Below, in pieces: positions 50,932 to 64,000 of a stretch of DNA of 64,000 nt; position 1 is the first letter of the stretch, and each line of letters starts with the position of its first letter. The notes beneath the pieces were generated by a model, which made no database searches, was not told where the DNA came from, and saw only the letters and a list, made by a program, of their open reading frames with translations. Origin of the DNA: Camelus dromedarius (Eukaryota); the NCBI RefSeq assembly GCF_036321535.1, contig NC_087436.1:24492001-24556000 (forward strand), read 5' to 3'. The position numbers and the translations under genes were made by a program.

Positions 50932-51266
50932 GGCATACAATAGTGAACAAGACAGACAAGGGACCCTTATGGAACTTACATTCTAGTTAAGGGAGAAGAC
51001 AAAGATAATAGGTCAGCAAAATAAAGAGGATAATTATACAGTGTGGTCAGTGCTATGAAGGAAGTAAATAGAATGATGTGACAGAGAATGAGTAATACCT
51101 GAAGTGAGACTGAAGGTTGGGGATGAGACCCTTGGGGAAGGGTGGGGACAGGGAACTGCCAGGGTAATGGTCTTGAGGTGGGAAAGTCATTTGATGATGT
51201 TCAGGGACAGAAGGAGCCCATGTGATAGGAACCAGATCACAACTGTCATATAAAGAGCTTGGATTT

Positions 51267-51739
51267 TGTTGACTTAAAAGAAAAAGGCACAACATAAGAA
51301 TTGTGAGTTTAAGTCCTATTCTGGGTCTTACTGGAGAGTATAACCTGAGAGACATCATCTCAGTAGCTCTGAGGAAACTGCTCTGGAAAGGTCGAGGAGA
51401 AGTCAGTTTCTATAGGATTTTTGGTGGGAAATATGTGCAGTCAAACATACATCTTGGTAAAGATGACTGCTATTCACAAAAAGACCAGATATCCCAGGTT
51501 AATCATTTTAGTGGCTTTCTATGTATGGGAAGATGTGGGAGTCTGCATTCATTAAAATGCATCCTGAGGTATTCATCTAACTATCTAAGTGGCCTGCTTG
51601 TCCAAAGCACAGAGTAACTCATTCTGTTATTATCCTAATTTCCTCACAGTGCACCATTGGTCAATGACTGCATTGGCTGACGTCCTAATCCTTGTGTGAC
51701 TGAGTGGTGAGCGATGATCTGTGTTCTTCTTCATTTACA
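51267..51739 (-). mobile_element. Solo LTR related to 48114-48577
   Basis: TG...CA, TSD attt/gttt; shared accag(a)tatc(c/t)cag/aagttaa...ctttctat(a/g)tatggga segment. Confidence 0.7.
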
Positions 51740-53629
51740 GTTTTATTCTAAGGCCAGTGAAAAGCTATTGGAGGGTAAGCAACCAAAAACAAAAACAAAA
51801 ACTGACTTACTTCCTTAAGTATAAACCACATTTAAAAATGCAAAACATAAAACATAAAATGGGTGCTGGGCGGAGAAGGGGTTGTAAGGATGTGTGGTAA
51901 AAGTGGAGCAGACTCCGCTATCTCCCCAGTGACCTCCTAGCTGAGGACCAATGGGTTCCTTGCAAACAGTGGGAGGGGGAGACTCTGTCCTTTCAATCTC
52001 AGCCTCCATAATCGTGGGCGTCTTCCCTTTCGGGGTCCCAGCACTGTGAAAAAGCCCCGTATGTGTGTGTGTGTGTGAAGAGAGCAGAGGCACCACAGGA
52101 GGACTGGGTGGGGCCCCAAAGGTGGGGTGAGGTCTTTTCCAGACTTCGTGGTTTCCTGGGCTAATGGAAAGCGCTAGTTGCATGGATGATGACTCAATGA
52201 TCCGGCCACAGGACCTGTGTCACCAAGTCATATAGTCTCCAACAGGAACTAGAGAAATGTTACTTCATGATCATGAAAATGACAGTGAATAATGAAGTAA
52301 GAGCAAAATACGGGATGAAATTACAAAAAAAGAAAAAGAAAAAAAAATCAGCAAGTAGCAGGAAGATGACCTCTAAGTTCTTTGAACTATGAAAGAAGCA
52401 TAAAGGGAATTTAAAAAGCCCAGTCATCCCAGACAACTTGATAGATTATTTTATTTTCTCAGACATAGTTTGATATATAAATGAACTTAAATATAAAATA
52501 AGTTTCTTTCCTGAAGTAAATTTGCAGCATTGTAAGCAAAATCTTTAGGATGAAGATATAATTTATTCATGTTTCTCTGATGGGCCCTTGACTATCTAAT
52601 TTATTCATTACATGACTTTCTATGTTATAAATCTCAAAAAAAAAAACCAAACCCAAAAGAACAAACAAGGGTAGATTTAAAACATCTGTTAAGAAGCTGA
52701 TGTTTTTTAGAGTATTGAAAATAGGAGTGGAATGTTAGCCACGTTTTCTTTATTCTTTATTTTTTTTTTTCTTTTAAGGAAAGCAGATTGAGAGTCAATC
52801 GTTTTATTATAAACTAATGATATAAAAATTCTTATATGTGTACGTATGTGTGTGTATATATATATATTTATGTGTATATATATAGATACATATATCTATA
52901 ACATCTCCAACTGTTTTTTTGCCTTAATTGTGGTAAAGTTACTGCTTTAGCCATTTTTGAAGTGTACACTTCGGTGGCATTTAGTAGATTCATACAGTTG
53001 TGCAACCATCACCACCATCCAACTGGGTTGGAAGGCAAAACAGACTTCCTCGGAAATGATCTAACACCAATGGGAAAAGAGTCTGGATAGACTCAACATC
53101 CAACTAGGCTCCTGTGCTGTTAACTTCAGCCTATAACAGGGTTCCATCTCCCGAACACCTGGCATGGGATGGGTAAAGGTAGGCATTAATTATACCTGTT
53201 TTGTAGATGGGAAAGAATGCTCAGAGAGGTGAAGTGACTCGCTGAAAGCCACATCTGCTAGTAAGTTGCAAAAGCAGAATTCAAAGGCAGTTCTTTCTGA
53301 CTTTATAATACACATTGTCCATCTACACTCTTGCTACTCTTCTGGTCCTAGCAGCATCAATATGGGGATTCAGTAGGAATGAAGAACCTGGGCCTCCATC
53401 CAGACCTCATCTTCCAAGGCTCTTCTCAGCTCTGCTCAAAATGAACCCTGTCCTCCAAAAGTGAGGCATTATCAACACCATTTGTATTGGAGGGTCTCCT
53501 GGGGAGGTGAAGGATGGCTGGCTGTGACTAATCCGAGGGATTAGACATGGTGGCAAACATATCGGGGAACACTCATCTACATGAACTCCCCTTCCTGGAG
53601 GCTGACATCCTGCTTGGATCATTAGCACC

Positions 53630-55942
53630 AACCTAAATCACTTTGGAAAAAGAATAAAGTGGGAGGAATCAGTCTACCCAATTTCAAGACTTATTATATA
53701 GCTAGAGTAATCAAGACTGTGCAGTACTGGTGGAGAGATAGACAGTTGATTAATAGAACAGTACAGAGAACCCAGAAATAAGACCCACATAAATATGCCT
53801 GATTTTTTTAAAGTTGATTTTGTTTGTGTGTGGGAGGGGGAGAGAGGTAATTAGATTGGTTATTTATTTATTTATTTAATTTTAATGGAGGTACTGGGGA
53901 TTGAAGCTGGGACCTCATGCATGCTAAGAAGGAACTCTACCACAGAGCTATATCCTCCCCCTGAATATGCCTGATTCTTTTTTTTTTTTAATTCTACATT
54001 TTTTGGGGGCAGGAGGAGGTAATTAGGTTTGTTTGTTTGTTTGTTTGCTTATTTTTTTAAATGGCAGTACTGGGGATTGAACCCAGGACCTCATGCATGC
54101 TAAGCAGGAACTCTACCACAGAGTTATATCCTCCCCTTAAATGTTCCTGATTCTTGACAAAGATGCAAAAGCATTTTAATGGAGGAAAAGTAGACTTTTC
54201 AACAAATGATGCTAGAAGAGTTGGCTATCCAAAGGCAAAAAAAAAAAAAAAAAAAAAAATGAACCTTGACCTAAGCTATAAAAATTAGCTTGAAATAGAT
54301 CAGACTTAAGTGTAAAATATAAAATCATAACATTTTAAGGAAAAAAATAGGAGAAAATCTTCAGGATCAAGTGCTAGGCAGAGAATTCTTAGAATTGACA
54401 CTAATAACACAATCCTGGAAAGGAAAAATGGATAGATTGGATGCCATCAAAACTGAAACATTTGTCCCCCAGAAGACTTTGTTAAGAGGATGAAAAGACA
54501 AGCTCAAAGTGGGAAAAAATATTTGCAAACCGTATATCCCACAAAGGCAACCAAACACATGAAAAGATGCTCAGGAGCATTAGCTATCAGGGCAATGGAA
54601 GTTAAAAATCACAACGGGATACCCTTGCGTACCTATCAGAATGGCTAAAAAAAAAAAATAATGGAAACATTAAATGTTGGCAAGGGTGAGGAGAAACTGG
54701 ATCTCTCATACATTGTTGGTGGGAATTTAAAATATTACAGCCACTCTGGGAAATAGTTTGGCAGTTTTTAACAAAACAAAACATCCAACTGCCATACAAC
54801 CCAACGATTGCACTCCTAGACATTTATCCCAGAGAAACAAAGACTTAAGTACAAAAACCTGTACATGAATGTTTATAGCAACTTCATTAGTAATAGCCAA
54901 AACCTGGAAACAATCCAGATGTCCTCCAGCAGGTAAATGGTTAAACAGTGATACAGCCACATCATGGAGTACTATGTAGCAATAAAAAGTTACAACAACT
55001 GAGTGAATCCCTAGAGAATTAAATCCCAAAAGGTTATATACTGGATGATTCCATTTACATAACATTCTGTCTGACAAACTTACAGAAAAGAAGAATAGAT
55101 TAATGGTTGCCAGGAGTGGGGGATGCTACATGTGACTATAAAAGTCCACCATGAGGATCCTTGTGGTGATGGAGATGTTCTGGTGTCAGTGGTAATTGAC
55201 TGTATCATTATCAATATCTTGGTTGTGATACTGTGGTACAGTTTTCCAGTTTGTTACCCCTGGGGGTGTTGCAGGAAAATGGAGCATGAAAGGATGGCCA
55301 TGTCCCAGGTGAGTTCCTGGGATGCACTCCATCAAGTGAGGGTCCTTGGATTCACACAGGAAAGAATTCAAGAGTGAGCTATAATAGAGTGAAGCTCAGG
55401 GAGATACACACTCCATAGATAGTGTGGGTCGTCTCTGAAGGCGACAGAGAGAGAGAGAGCAGGTGAGAAGTGGCCCCAGGGCATGGGATCATCTAGAAAA
55501 ATGAGACTGGCCACAAGGTGTAGGGGTGGTTAGTTTTCATGGGCTGGGTAATTTCATATGCTAACAAGTGGGAGGATTATTCCAACTACTTTGGGGAAGG
55601 GGCTGGGATTCCCAGGAATTGGGGCACTGCCCACTTTTTGGCCTTTTATGGCCAGCCTCAGAACTGTCATGGCACCTGTGGGAGTGGTATTTACCATGTT
55701 AATATATTATGATAAGCGTATAATGAGGCTCCTGGAAGGTGAACCTTCTGCCTTCTTGGTTCTAACCAATTTTTGTACTGTCTTCAATTGCTGTGTCCTT
55801 CCTTTATTGTTTGTGCTCTGTCCCCTTCCCTCCTGTCTCAGGGGGAACAGGGTAAAGCCATACAGGATCTCCCTGTATTATCTCTTACAACTGCCTCTGC
55901 ATTTACAGTGACCTCACAATAAAAATTTCAATTAAAAAAAAA
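53630..55942 (+). mobile_element. L1M ORF2-end/3' UTR with tandem SINEs (53810-54138, minus) and family A LTR (55267-55840)
   Basis: caagacttattatatagctagagtaatcaagactgtg... L1 signature; LTR TSD gggg/gggg. Confidence 0.85.
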
Positions 55943-56990
55943 AGACAAAATCTGCTTGCTTGGTTCTCTGGCTCCCTTTCCTGGCATTTGGCTTGACCTG
56001 TTGAGAAGCCTTGTTTTTATTCTCTTCCTGTGTCCCAGGAACTGTCAGTTCGCCAGAAAGTGCTTCTGATGACTCCTCCAAATATGTCAAAGGGGCCTGC
56101 TGCTTTGTCAGTCTGCATGGGAAGCCTTGCAAACATTTCCTTAGCAGATTTCTGTGATTTTCAGTGGTTAAAATTGGCAACAGAGACATTAGTGAATGAC
56201 AACATGAATTCCCACGGAAAAATCCTCGGGGAGAAATACTTGCATTTGGAGTTCTCTGTTTTGGTCCCTGAAGCCTGGGAGGAAGCAGTGGGGAAGAAGT
56301 CAGTAAACAACTCTCAGTGGATTGGCAGCATTTTACAGCCTGGCTGTGACTTTCTCATCCTCTCCCTCGCCCTGCCCCTAAAGGAGGAGACATCTGGGTT
56401 TAGATGGTTGCCCCCGACCCCTAGTCCATCTTTTCAATTCACTCTGGGAGTATTTCTTTGTAGTCCTTGTCTTTTTTTTTTTTTTTTTTTTCTATCAGTC
56501 TTTGAATTTTTAAAGTTAAGGATTATGTGTGCATGTGTATATCTTTCTTTCTCTGTTTTAATAAACAAAAAGGGAATAGGAACTCTTATTTATTGAGTGT
56601 CAGTATGTTGTGCTAAGCATTTGACATTTGTTATTTAATTCCTTCGGCAAAGTAGGTATTATTTCCCCCCCTTTCTGGGTGAGGCCATTAAAGCTCAGAG
56701 AGGTTATCTGCCTCCTCCAAAGGTCAGGCAGCCAGTCACATGTCAGAGGCAGCATAACAACACAGGTCTCCCTGGCTCCATTGCTCTATCTATGTATCCA
56801 TCCATCAAGCCCAGACAGAAAAATCTACACGCGATATATGCCAAACTGTCACTTTCATATGAATGGCATGTTAATTCTAAATTAACATATTAAGTGTATT
56901 CTCTCATGTGGCAAAATATGAGTTTTAAAGCAAGTTTCTAGCTCAGGTAAATGCTAACAAATTGCCTTGGGGTCTTAATTGGTCTCTTTG

Positions 56991-57057
56991 GGGAGAGGGT
57001 ATAGCTCAGTGGTAGAGTGTGTACTTAGCATGCATGAGGTCCTGGGTTCAATCCCCA
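56991..57057 (+). mobile_element. Tailless tRNA-Ala SINE head
   Basis: Perfect 10-bp direct repeat ggtctctttg 56981-56990 / 57058-57067; no A tail. Confidence 0.85.
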
Positions 57058-59772
57058 GGTCTCTTTGATGAGGAAGATTATCTATGACCAAATGAATTTC
57101 CTCTGCTGAATTGCTTATGCCACCTATACTGATATGTTGTAAGTTACAGAATTCTAGCACTGGAATAAACCCAAGTTCAACCTCTCCAGTTTACAGATAA
57201 GGAAACTAAATCCTAGAGTGATTATGTTGCTTAAAATTGTATAGTGAAAGAGTGAGGATTAGAACCCAGATCAAGTGTCTCCAGTCCGGGGCTCTTTCTA
57301 GTTTACTATGTTGACATAGAAAGAATACTGGGTTCACTTTCCAGGCACACACCTCTTTATAGGGGAGAGAGCCTAGCCTAGTATTTAAGATCATGTACTC
57401 TGAAATCACCTGGCTCCACCTCCAGGATGTGTGACATGAAACAGCCTATTAACTCCTCAAGGTTGGTTTCCTCCTCTGGACTCCTTGGACTGTGAAAAGT
57501 CAATGAAATATTGCCTGTACGTGCTTAGAGCAGAGCCTGGTACACAGTAAACACCTGATAAGCTTTAACTAGTATTTAAACAAGGGGTTTGAGAGGAGGT
57601 CACAAAGAGATGCCAAGAGTTTATGGAAGATGACTTCTTTCTAAGGTATTGGTGCCAGGTGTCTCCCTGTCTTATGCTGCCTCTGACACTTGCTGGCTAT
57701 CTGACCTCAGACCTACGTAACCTGTCTGAGCTTTAATTTCTTCATCTAGAAAACGGGGGAAATGGCACCTACTTTCCGAGAGAATTAAATAACAAATGTA
57801 GAATGCTTTGCACAACATCCTGGCACTCAATAAACAGGAGTTCCTTTCCCTCTTTTGTTTACTGAAACAGTTATATAACTTTTGGTTTAAAATGCTATCT
57901 TCTGGCTGCCAGGTGGCTGCAGGGTTCAGTCACCATGAATGTGGCCATAATTTAATCTGAAACAATAGTAGCCTTAAAATTCATGTGTTTAACCTAGAGT
58001 TAGCAAATGTAGGGGAACAAGTTTTATGTCAACTGTGCTTTTAGAACATAGGTGACATCCATCTCATAATTAATGTTTTGTTTATTGTTTTAAAACTTCA
58101 AGAGAACCAGTTGCAGCCTCCTGGAAAGTGTCAGGCTGTAAAGAAAAGGTGAAGTCTTTGGGCTCATAAATGGGCAAGAATGCCAAGGTCCTGTCTGCTA
58201 TCCAATTACAGACCTTGGAGGGCTGCTGTGAGGGTCAAGCTATACATAACACGGGAAAGTAATAATGGCTAATATTTATTGAGCATTTATTATGTGCTAT
58301 ACATTGTTGTAATTAACTCACTTAATTGTCACAACCACCTATGAGGTAGGTACAATCACCACCATTTTGTGGGTGAAAACTCACCAAGAATTTATGTTAT
58401 CTGCCCAAGATCACACAGCTAATTAAGGAGTGGACACTAGATTTTTAAATCTAGGCATGTGGTTCCAAAGCTCAAGCAATTAGCTGCCAAGTTTTACTGC
58501 CACCTTGGCACATAGTAGGTAGTAAATATTAGTTTCCCATCTTTTCACTTAAGATAGGCTTGTTGAATTGGAAGCTATTTTCAAAGTAGAGGAAAATAGT
58601 GTTCCCTCCGCACCCCCACCATTAGAAGGAATAAGTCCAGGAAATAGTTTATTAATAGTGAGTGTCATTTCTTGGACTTCATGATGCAATAGTAAAGTCT
58701 AAGAGTGCAGTAGAATTTTTAACTAGTAGTTAATGAAAGATGTATTTTCAACATTTTTATGGAAAAGTTTTAAACCAAAATTTCTTGAGAAGGAATGATT
58801 GTAAAAATTAGAACAGATTTAAAAAAGAGGTCACAGCAAAGGGAATGGATATTTATTGAGCATCTGCCATGTCCCCAGCACTCTGTTGGATAATTTACCA
58901 ACCTGTTTTTTTTTTTAGTTTTCCTGAGAAATCGAGATGGTCCTGGTATCTGATGAGGAAACTGTGGTTGATGGAAGCTCAGAGACTTGCCCCAGCTCAT
59001 ACATCTGGCAAATGTTGGAACCAAGATTCAAATCAGTCCTGTCAGAGTCCTCAGCTGATGGCTTTCCCTCCATCCTTGCCTGTCCCTGAAGTCACAGGGC
59101 CATATTCTTCACGACTCTGTCAAGATTTGCAAGTCATGAAGTGTCTTTGGCTGGAATTCTCGGTGCCCGTGCGTGGGCTCTGTCCGGAAATCCTTGCTCT
59201 CTGTTGTAGCTGTTAGATGAATGGGTGCATGTGGAGCTTCTCTGCTCTGAGCCAGGAAGAAGGCTCCACTTGCTGCTCCTCTCCTCCCACAGGCACTGAC
59301 ATTCTGCCACTTTCTCTGAATTTAGCGGGGATCCAAGCTTCAGATTTAGTTCTGTTCACTTAAAATGCACACAGGCCTCGGGTAACTGGAAGGCCCCTTC
59401 GGTAGACCATGCAGGGGTCTATTAATATCACCAAGGAGGCTTCTGGCAAAGAATTCATTTGAAGGTTGAAGGGCGTCAAGGAATATGTAAGTGTGATCTA
59501 AGCTTTTGCTTCCAGACCAGATGGGAGAGGTGGGTATCTTTTTTTTTCTCCCAACCTTGAGGGACTCCGGTCTTGAGTCCTAGGGAGCAGGGGCTGGGAG
59601 TAAACATAGAAAGTATGGGTTGATGATAATCTCTGTGACTGGGACCTGTGTATCATGGACAACAACTAAGATGGGTTTGAGGCACATAGAGGTCTCAGCA
59701 GCACATAGCTGCAGGGAGCCAGCACCCCACACAGAGACAGTCCAAGGACAGCAGGTGTCTCAGGACAGCTCA

Positions 59773-60360
59773 TGAGACAAGAGGTAAGGGAGCAGGGCAA
59801 ACCATTAAAAAAAAATAACACAGCAATTAGCACCAATATGGTGGAAGACTCAACTCCCAGTAGGACTTGAGCTTCATTACACACTTACTGAAATACAACA
59901 GCTGCTAAATGACACTCCCACAGGTGCCAGGACAATTTCAAGGCTGACCCTAAAAGGTCAAAAAGTGAGTGATGGCCCAATTCCTGGGAATCCCAGCCCC
60001 TTCTCCAGCGTAGTTGGAATAATCCTCCCACTTGTTAGCATATGAAATTACCCAGCCCATAAAAACGAACAGCCCTGCACCTCGTGGCCGCTCTCCCTTC
60101 TGAGTAAGATGCCCGCCTTCTGCCTATAGAATGTGTGTCTCCTAGGCCCCCCTGTTGCTCTCTCTTGCCTTCTGAGACAGCCCGCACTCTGTCTATGAAG
60201 TGTGTATCTCCCTGAATAAATCTATTTTCACTCTACCATGGCTCGCTCTTGAATTCTTTCCTGCGCGAAGCCAAGGACCCTCACTTGATGGGGTGCATCC
60301 TAGGGACTTGCCTGTGACCTGGGACATGGCCATCCTCTCGCGCCCCATTTTCCTGTATTA
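59773..60360 (+). mobile_element. Family A solo LTR copy 4
   Basis: TSD ctca/ctga; CATAAAAA near 60058, AATAAA 60215-60220. Confidence 0.88.
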
Positions 60361-63079
60361 CTGAGAGATCTCAAGTGTGAGCACATGGGAGACACACCCT
60401 TGAACTCCTGAACCCTGGAGGATTAGTGGTCTTGAGTTGAGTTTGAAGGGCCTACGCCAGGAAGTGGGGCAGATTCAAAGGAATGAATTTAATACTATCA
60501 CTCTGATCCTATTTCTACTCCCAGGTTGGTACTGTGGAGGAAAAATGGGTTGGGATGTGCTTTTAGAAGGCCTCTTATCTCTAGAGACATAATTTATGAC
60601 CTCTTAATCTAATAGAGGAGCCAGTCTCACAGATGTTAATTAAGCAATCACACAGATATGTAACTTCAAGCTGTGACGACTCCCATGAAGTACAGGGGAC
60701 CCCGCTGGTGTATAAAAGGTGCATCTGATCCAGCCTGGGGGTGAGAGAATAATAAGGAAAGGCTTCCCTGAGGATGTGATATTTGGTTGGGGGGTAGGTT
60801 TGCAAAGCTCCTGAAGCAGATGTGAACAAGTCAAATACATTACAAATCATGGAGGGGGAACAGAAGAAGACACACAGGATGTTTCTTCTCTGATTTGCAT
60901 TTTAAAATGCAGAGTTGCATTTGTGAAAGCAGAGGTTAGTGGTCCAAGGGTCTGTCTTGCACAGCTGGTCAAGTTGTGCACGTGGCCTTCCAGGGCATGT
61001 GGCCTGGGGGCATCCAATAACCTGGACTCTATTTATGCCTCAGTTACCAACAAGTTGCAGTGGTTTTAAGCGTGTTTTATAACTTCCATTTTTCTACACG
61101 TAGAAAAAGAGCTGAGAAAGGAGTGGAGTCGGTCTGATGTCTCCAATTCCTTCCAGTGCTGACAACTATCTAAGAGCAGCTTTTCAACAGCCCTCTGTAA
61201 TTTCACTTTTAGAGGAAGGGCTTGTTCCATGCACTTCATAATTCCTCATCAAAGTCCAGTCTTTCCCTTTGACTCTCAGAATAGGCCTTAGGAGAACAGA
61301 GTTTATTTTGTTCTCATGTGAGGTGTCATTATTTTATTGAAGACACATTGTCATTCATCACTTAGCACCTGGTCTGGGTGCTGAGTATTCAAGGGAGAAA
61401 AGGATGTGTCATCACCCCCACCAACCACCCCCAGTCCACTGGCAGCTCAGAAGACAAACATTGTCAGGTCACTGCAGTGTAAAGTGATGGGTGAATTGCT
61501 AGAGATGTAGAGAAGGCATTAAAGGAGACGAGAGCAAGGCTATCTAATGCGTGTGTAAGAGGAATACTATTGGTTATAGTCGGAGATAAAAAAATAGTTG
61601 TGGAAAACATGGTGAGTGCTTAATCGATGGATGTGGCTGAACAAATGAATGAATTGGACAGCTGTTATTCTAACTTCAGATGGTTTGATGGCTGATTCCA
61701 AGACCCTGTTATTGCCCTTTCATGTCATAAAAGAAAAAAATTCAATAATGTTTGCAATTGTTCTGATTATAAAGAGCCACCAGGTGCTGTGCACATTCAC
61801 ACGGGTAACGTGTACTTGGACTGATTTTTTCTTCTTAACTTTCCATTGATTGTTTCTACCATTAATCTTTCCTCTCAGGGATGAGAAAGACTGCCTTTGG
61901 CCATTTTTGTTGTATTGTGTTAAATCTCAGAAAAAAATGAGTTCAATGTATATAACACCAGAGACAGGCAGGAAACTAAACTGGGGGTAGGGAAATTCAA
62001 TAACAGTTTTCTCCCTGAGGATGGGAGCACCAGAGGGGAGTGATATGAGTCTGTGAAATGATTCGCTCATTACAGTGCTGTGGCGAGAGCCAGGTTGAAA
62101 AATTGGAGTTTTCCCCCTCCCTTTAATTTGTGCTGAACACTTGCTATAGTAAAAAAAAAAATGGGATTGGAGGCTCTAAGTGCAAATCATCAACTTTAGA
62201 AGAAAAATGTTACTTTTATGCTGTCCATTAGAACATTTATGTGCTCCGTATGCTCCAGCACTTACCAGAGAAAGAGGAATTTGTCCTATGAAAATGGAGA
62301 GCTCATTTCTGAAAAATTGTTTTCCATAAATCTTACAAATTACTGTGCTCAAATATTCTAGGTTGTAGCCAGAGCGACCTCTGGGGAGTGATTATCAGGG
62401 AAATAACCGTGAACAGCAATAAGATCTTGCACAGATCTGACTGGCGACACCAGGATGTGACCTTTCTGTGCAGGAGGCATTCATGTGGGCCTGCCTTAGT
62501 TACCAGGAGCGCTGTAATTAATGGGGCACTGGAGACACCCTCTTCTCTATGAGCTGCTAATTAGTCCTCCTGGAGACACACATCCTGAATCAGATCCAGG
62601 GTGGCATGTTCCGACTACTGCTTGATAAGTGGAATCAGATGAATGTGCGAGGGGCTAATCTGACTAAATCCCAACACTGTCCCCTTGCAATCCTTTCTTT
62701 TCTCCCAGATTGATTCCACTCGAGAAAAACTATGGTGACTAAGCAATACCTATAATTTCTACTTTCCTTTTTTTGTGGGGAGGGGGAATGCATGATTTCA
62801 TGAGTAATATCATGAGTATCAAATATACCAGATGGTTTTGAACGCACAGATTGTTTCATTTCCTTTTTACTGGTATGTTTTGGGTGGTTAATGTGACATG
62901 GAGAACACCATCACTTGTTGTCAGGGGAGGCTGAAACTTACCTGCAGGGTTGCCTTGTGTGGTTATACAGGTTGTGCCCTGCCCAAGGATGTCAACCAAA
63001 GGGGTGAGTGGGGCCTGAAATCCAGCGTGCTTCTTTGTGCACATTAGAACCCAGCCATCCTGGTTCCAGAGTTTGAATT

Positions 63080-63180
63080 CTTTATTTTTTTACTTTGTTA
63101 TTATTATTATTTTTAATGGAGGTACTGGGAATGGAACCCAAGACCTCTTGCATACTGAGCATGTGCTCTACCCTCCCCTC
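63080..63180 (-). mobile_element. tRNA-Ala-derived SINE
   Basis: tggaggtactgggaatggaacccaagacctc...gctctaccctcccc. Confidence 0.8.
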
Positions 63181-63950
63181 TAAAGTCTGAATTCTTAACT
63201 ACACACCATATTGATTTTAAAAACTAACAGCGTGTTGGGCTTTCATATCCTGGCCGCCAGCTTTATCATTTACTAGCTAGCAGTCCTTGAAGCCTTGGGA
63301 GAATGTGATGATTCAAGCAAAACTTTTAAAATCAAAAATTAAGTTTAGGATATTATCTGTGATTGGTAGTTGCTGGAGAAAGAATCATTCACCCTACTAC
63401 ATGTTTTACTTCTTCCATTTCATATGAAAGTCTAATGGTAAATAGATAGGATTATTTATTCACAGTTTCAGCATTATAGTTAATTTTTGGTTAAAAACAC
63501 AGGGTTTGACTACTACTTGGCGAAGTGTGAAGTGTTAGTGCAATTAGCAACAATATTTGGCAGTCAGGAGATGTTGACATATCTTCCAGGGGGCCCATGA
63601 AGGTCTGGTTGACCTGGGTAAAGTTTGCATAGTTACTGATGCTTAACATCAGTGCATGAAATTCTGCTGAATCAGTCTTCTCAGGCCAAAATATGTCCCT
63701 GGCAATGGTGCATTGGAAACATTGTGGGCTTTGGAAGCAGAACCTTAGCCTCAGCCCTTTCCAGCTGAGGGAACGTCAGCATATTGCTTACCTTCTGAGT
63801 GTCAACTTACTCATTTGTCAAACGCCTTCTTTCCACAGTTGTTGGAATTAAATTAAAAGAAGGATCCAACATGGAGCCCAGAACAGCATCACAGATTTTC
63901 AATAAATGCTAGTCTCCTGCTCCCCTCTTTAAAAATTCTGTGATGATTTT

Positions 63951-64000
63951 TGTATCAGTTTCCTAGGACTGCTGTAACACAGTACCACAAACTGGGTAGC
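63951..64000. mobile_element. Start of MLT1 LTR at window edge
   Basis: tgtatcagtttcctaggactgctgtaacacagtaccacaaactgggt. Confidence 0.7.

Noticed and set aside
56030..56596. 188-aa plus-strand ORF
   Set aside because: Non-ATG start, crosses a poly(T) tract giving poly-Phe, no domain or splice support
1..64000. CRISPR arrays, operons, prokaryotic defence systems or intact retroviral gag/pol/env
   Set aside because: The sequence is mammalian; no regularly spaced repeats and no long retroviral ORFs are present

Overview
Mammalian genomic DNA, very likely camelid, because it carries many copies of a tRNA-Ala(AGC)-derived vic-1-type SINE. The only protein-coding gene is nocturnin (NOCT/CCRN4L, an EEP-family NADP(H) 2'-phosphatase) on the minus strand. 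It has three coding exons (21633-21444, 3961-3689, 2577-1754; 428 aa), a CpG-island promoter near 21.2-22.3 kb, a 17.5 kb intron 1 and a 3' UTR running to about 1255 or about 600. From 22.4 kb to 64 kb there is a gene-free upstream region packed with L1/L2/MIR fragments and roughly twenty ERV LTRs, several nested in a decayed provirus at 42.8-48.9 kb. I found no convincing novel protein-coding system. The best leads are: (1) a second CpG/GC-box promoter-like island in intron 1 that could make a transcript for the cytosolic Met67 isoform; (2) a 1-nt insertion that trims the NOCT C-terminus; (3) an open in-frame 143-codon extension upstream of the start codon; (4) a sense-oriented LTR upstream of the promoter with a dead poly(A) signal; (5) several TSD-flanked retro-insertions of unusual structure (short non-TE retrocopies, a tailless SINE, a tandem SINE). 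Repeat family names and comparisons with human NOCT are from recall, not from a database search.
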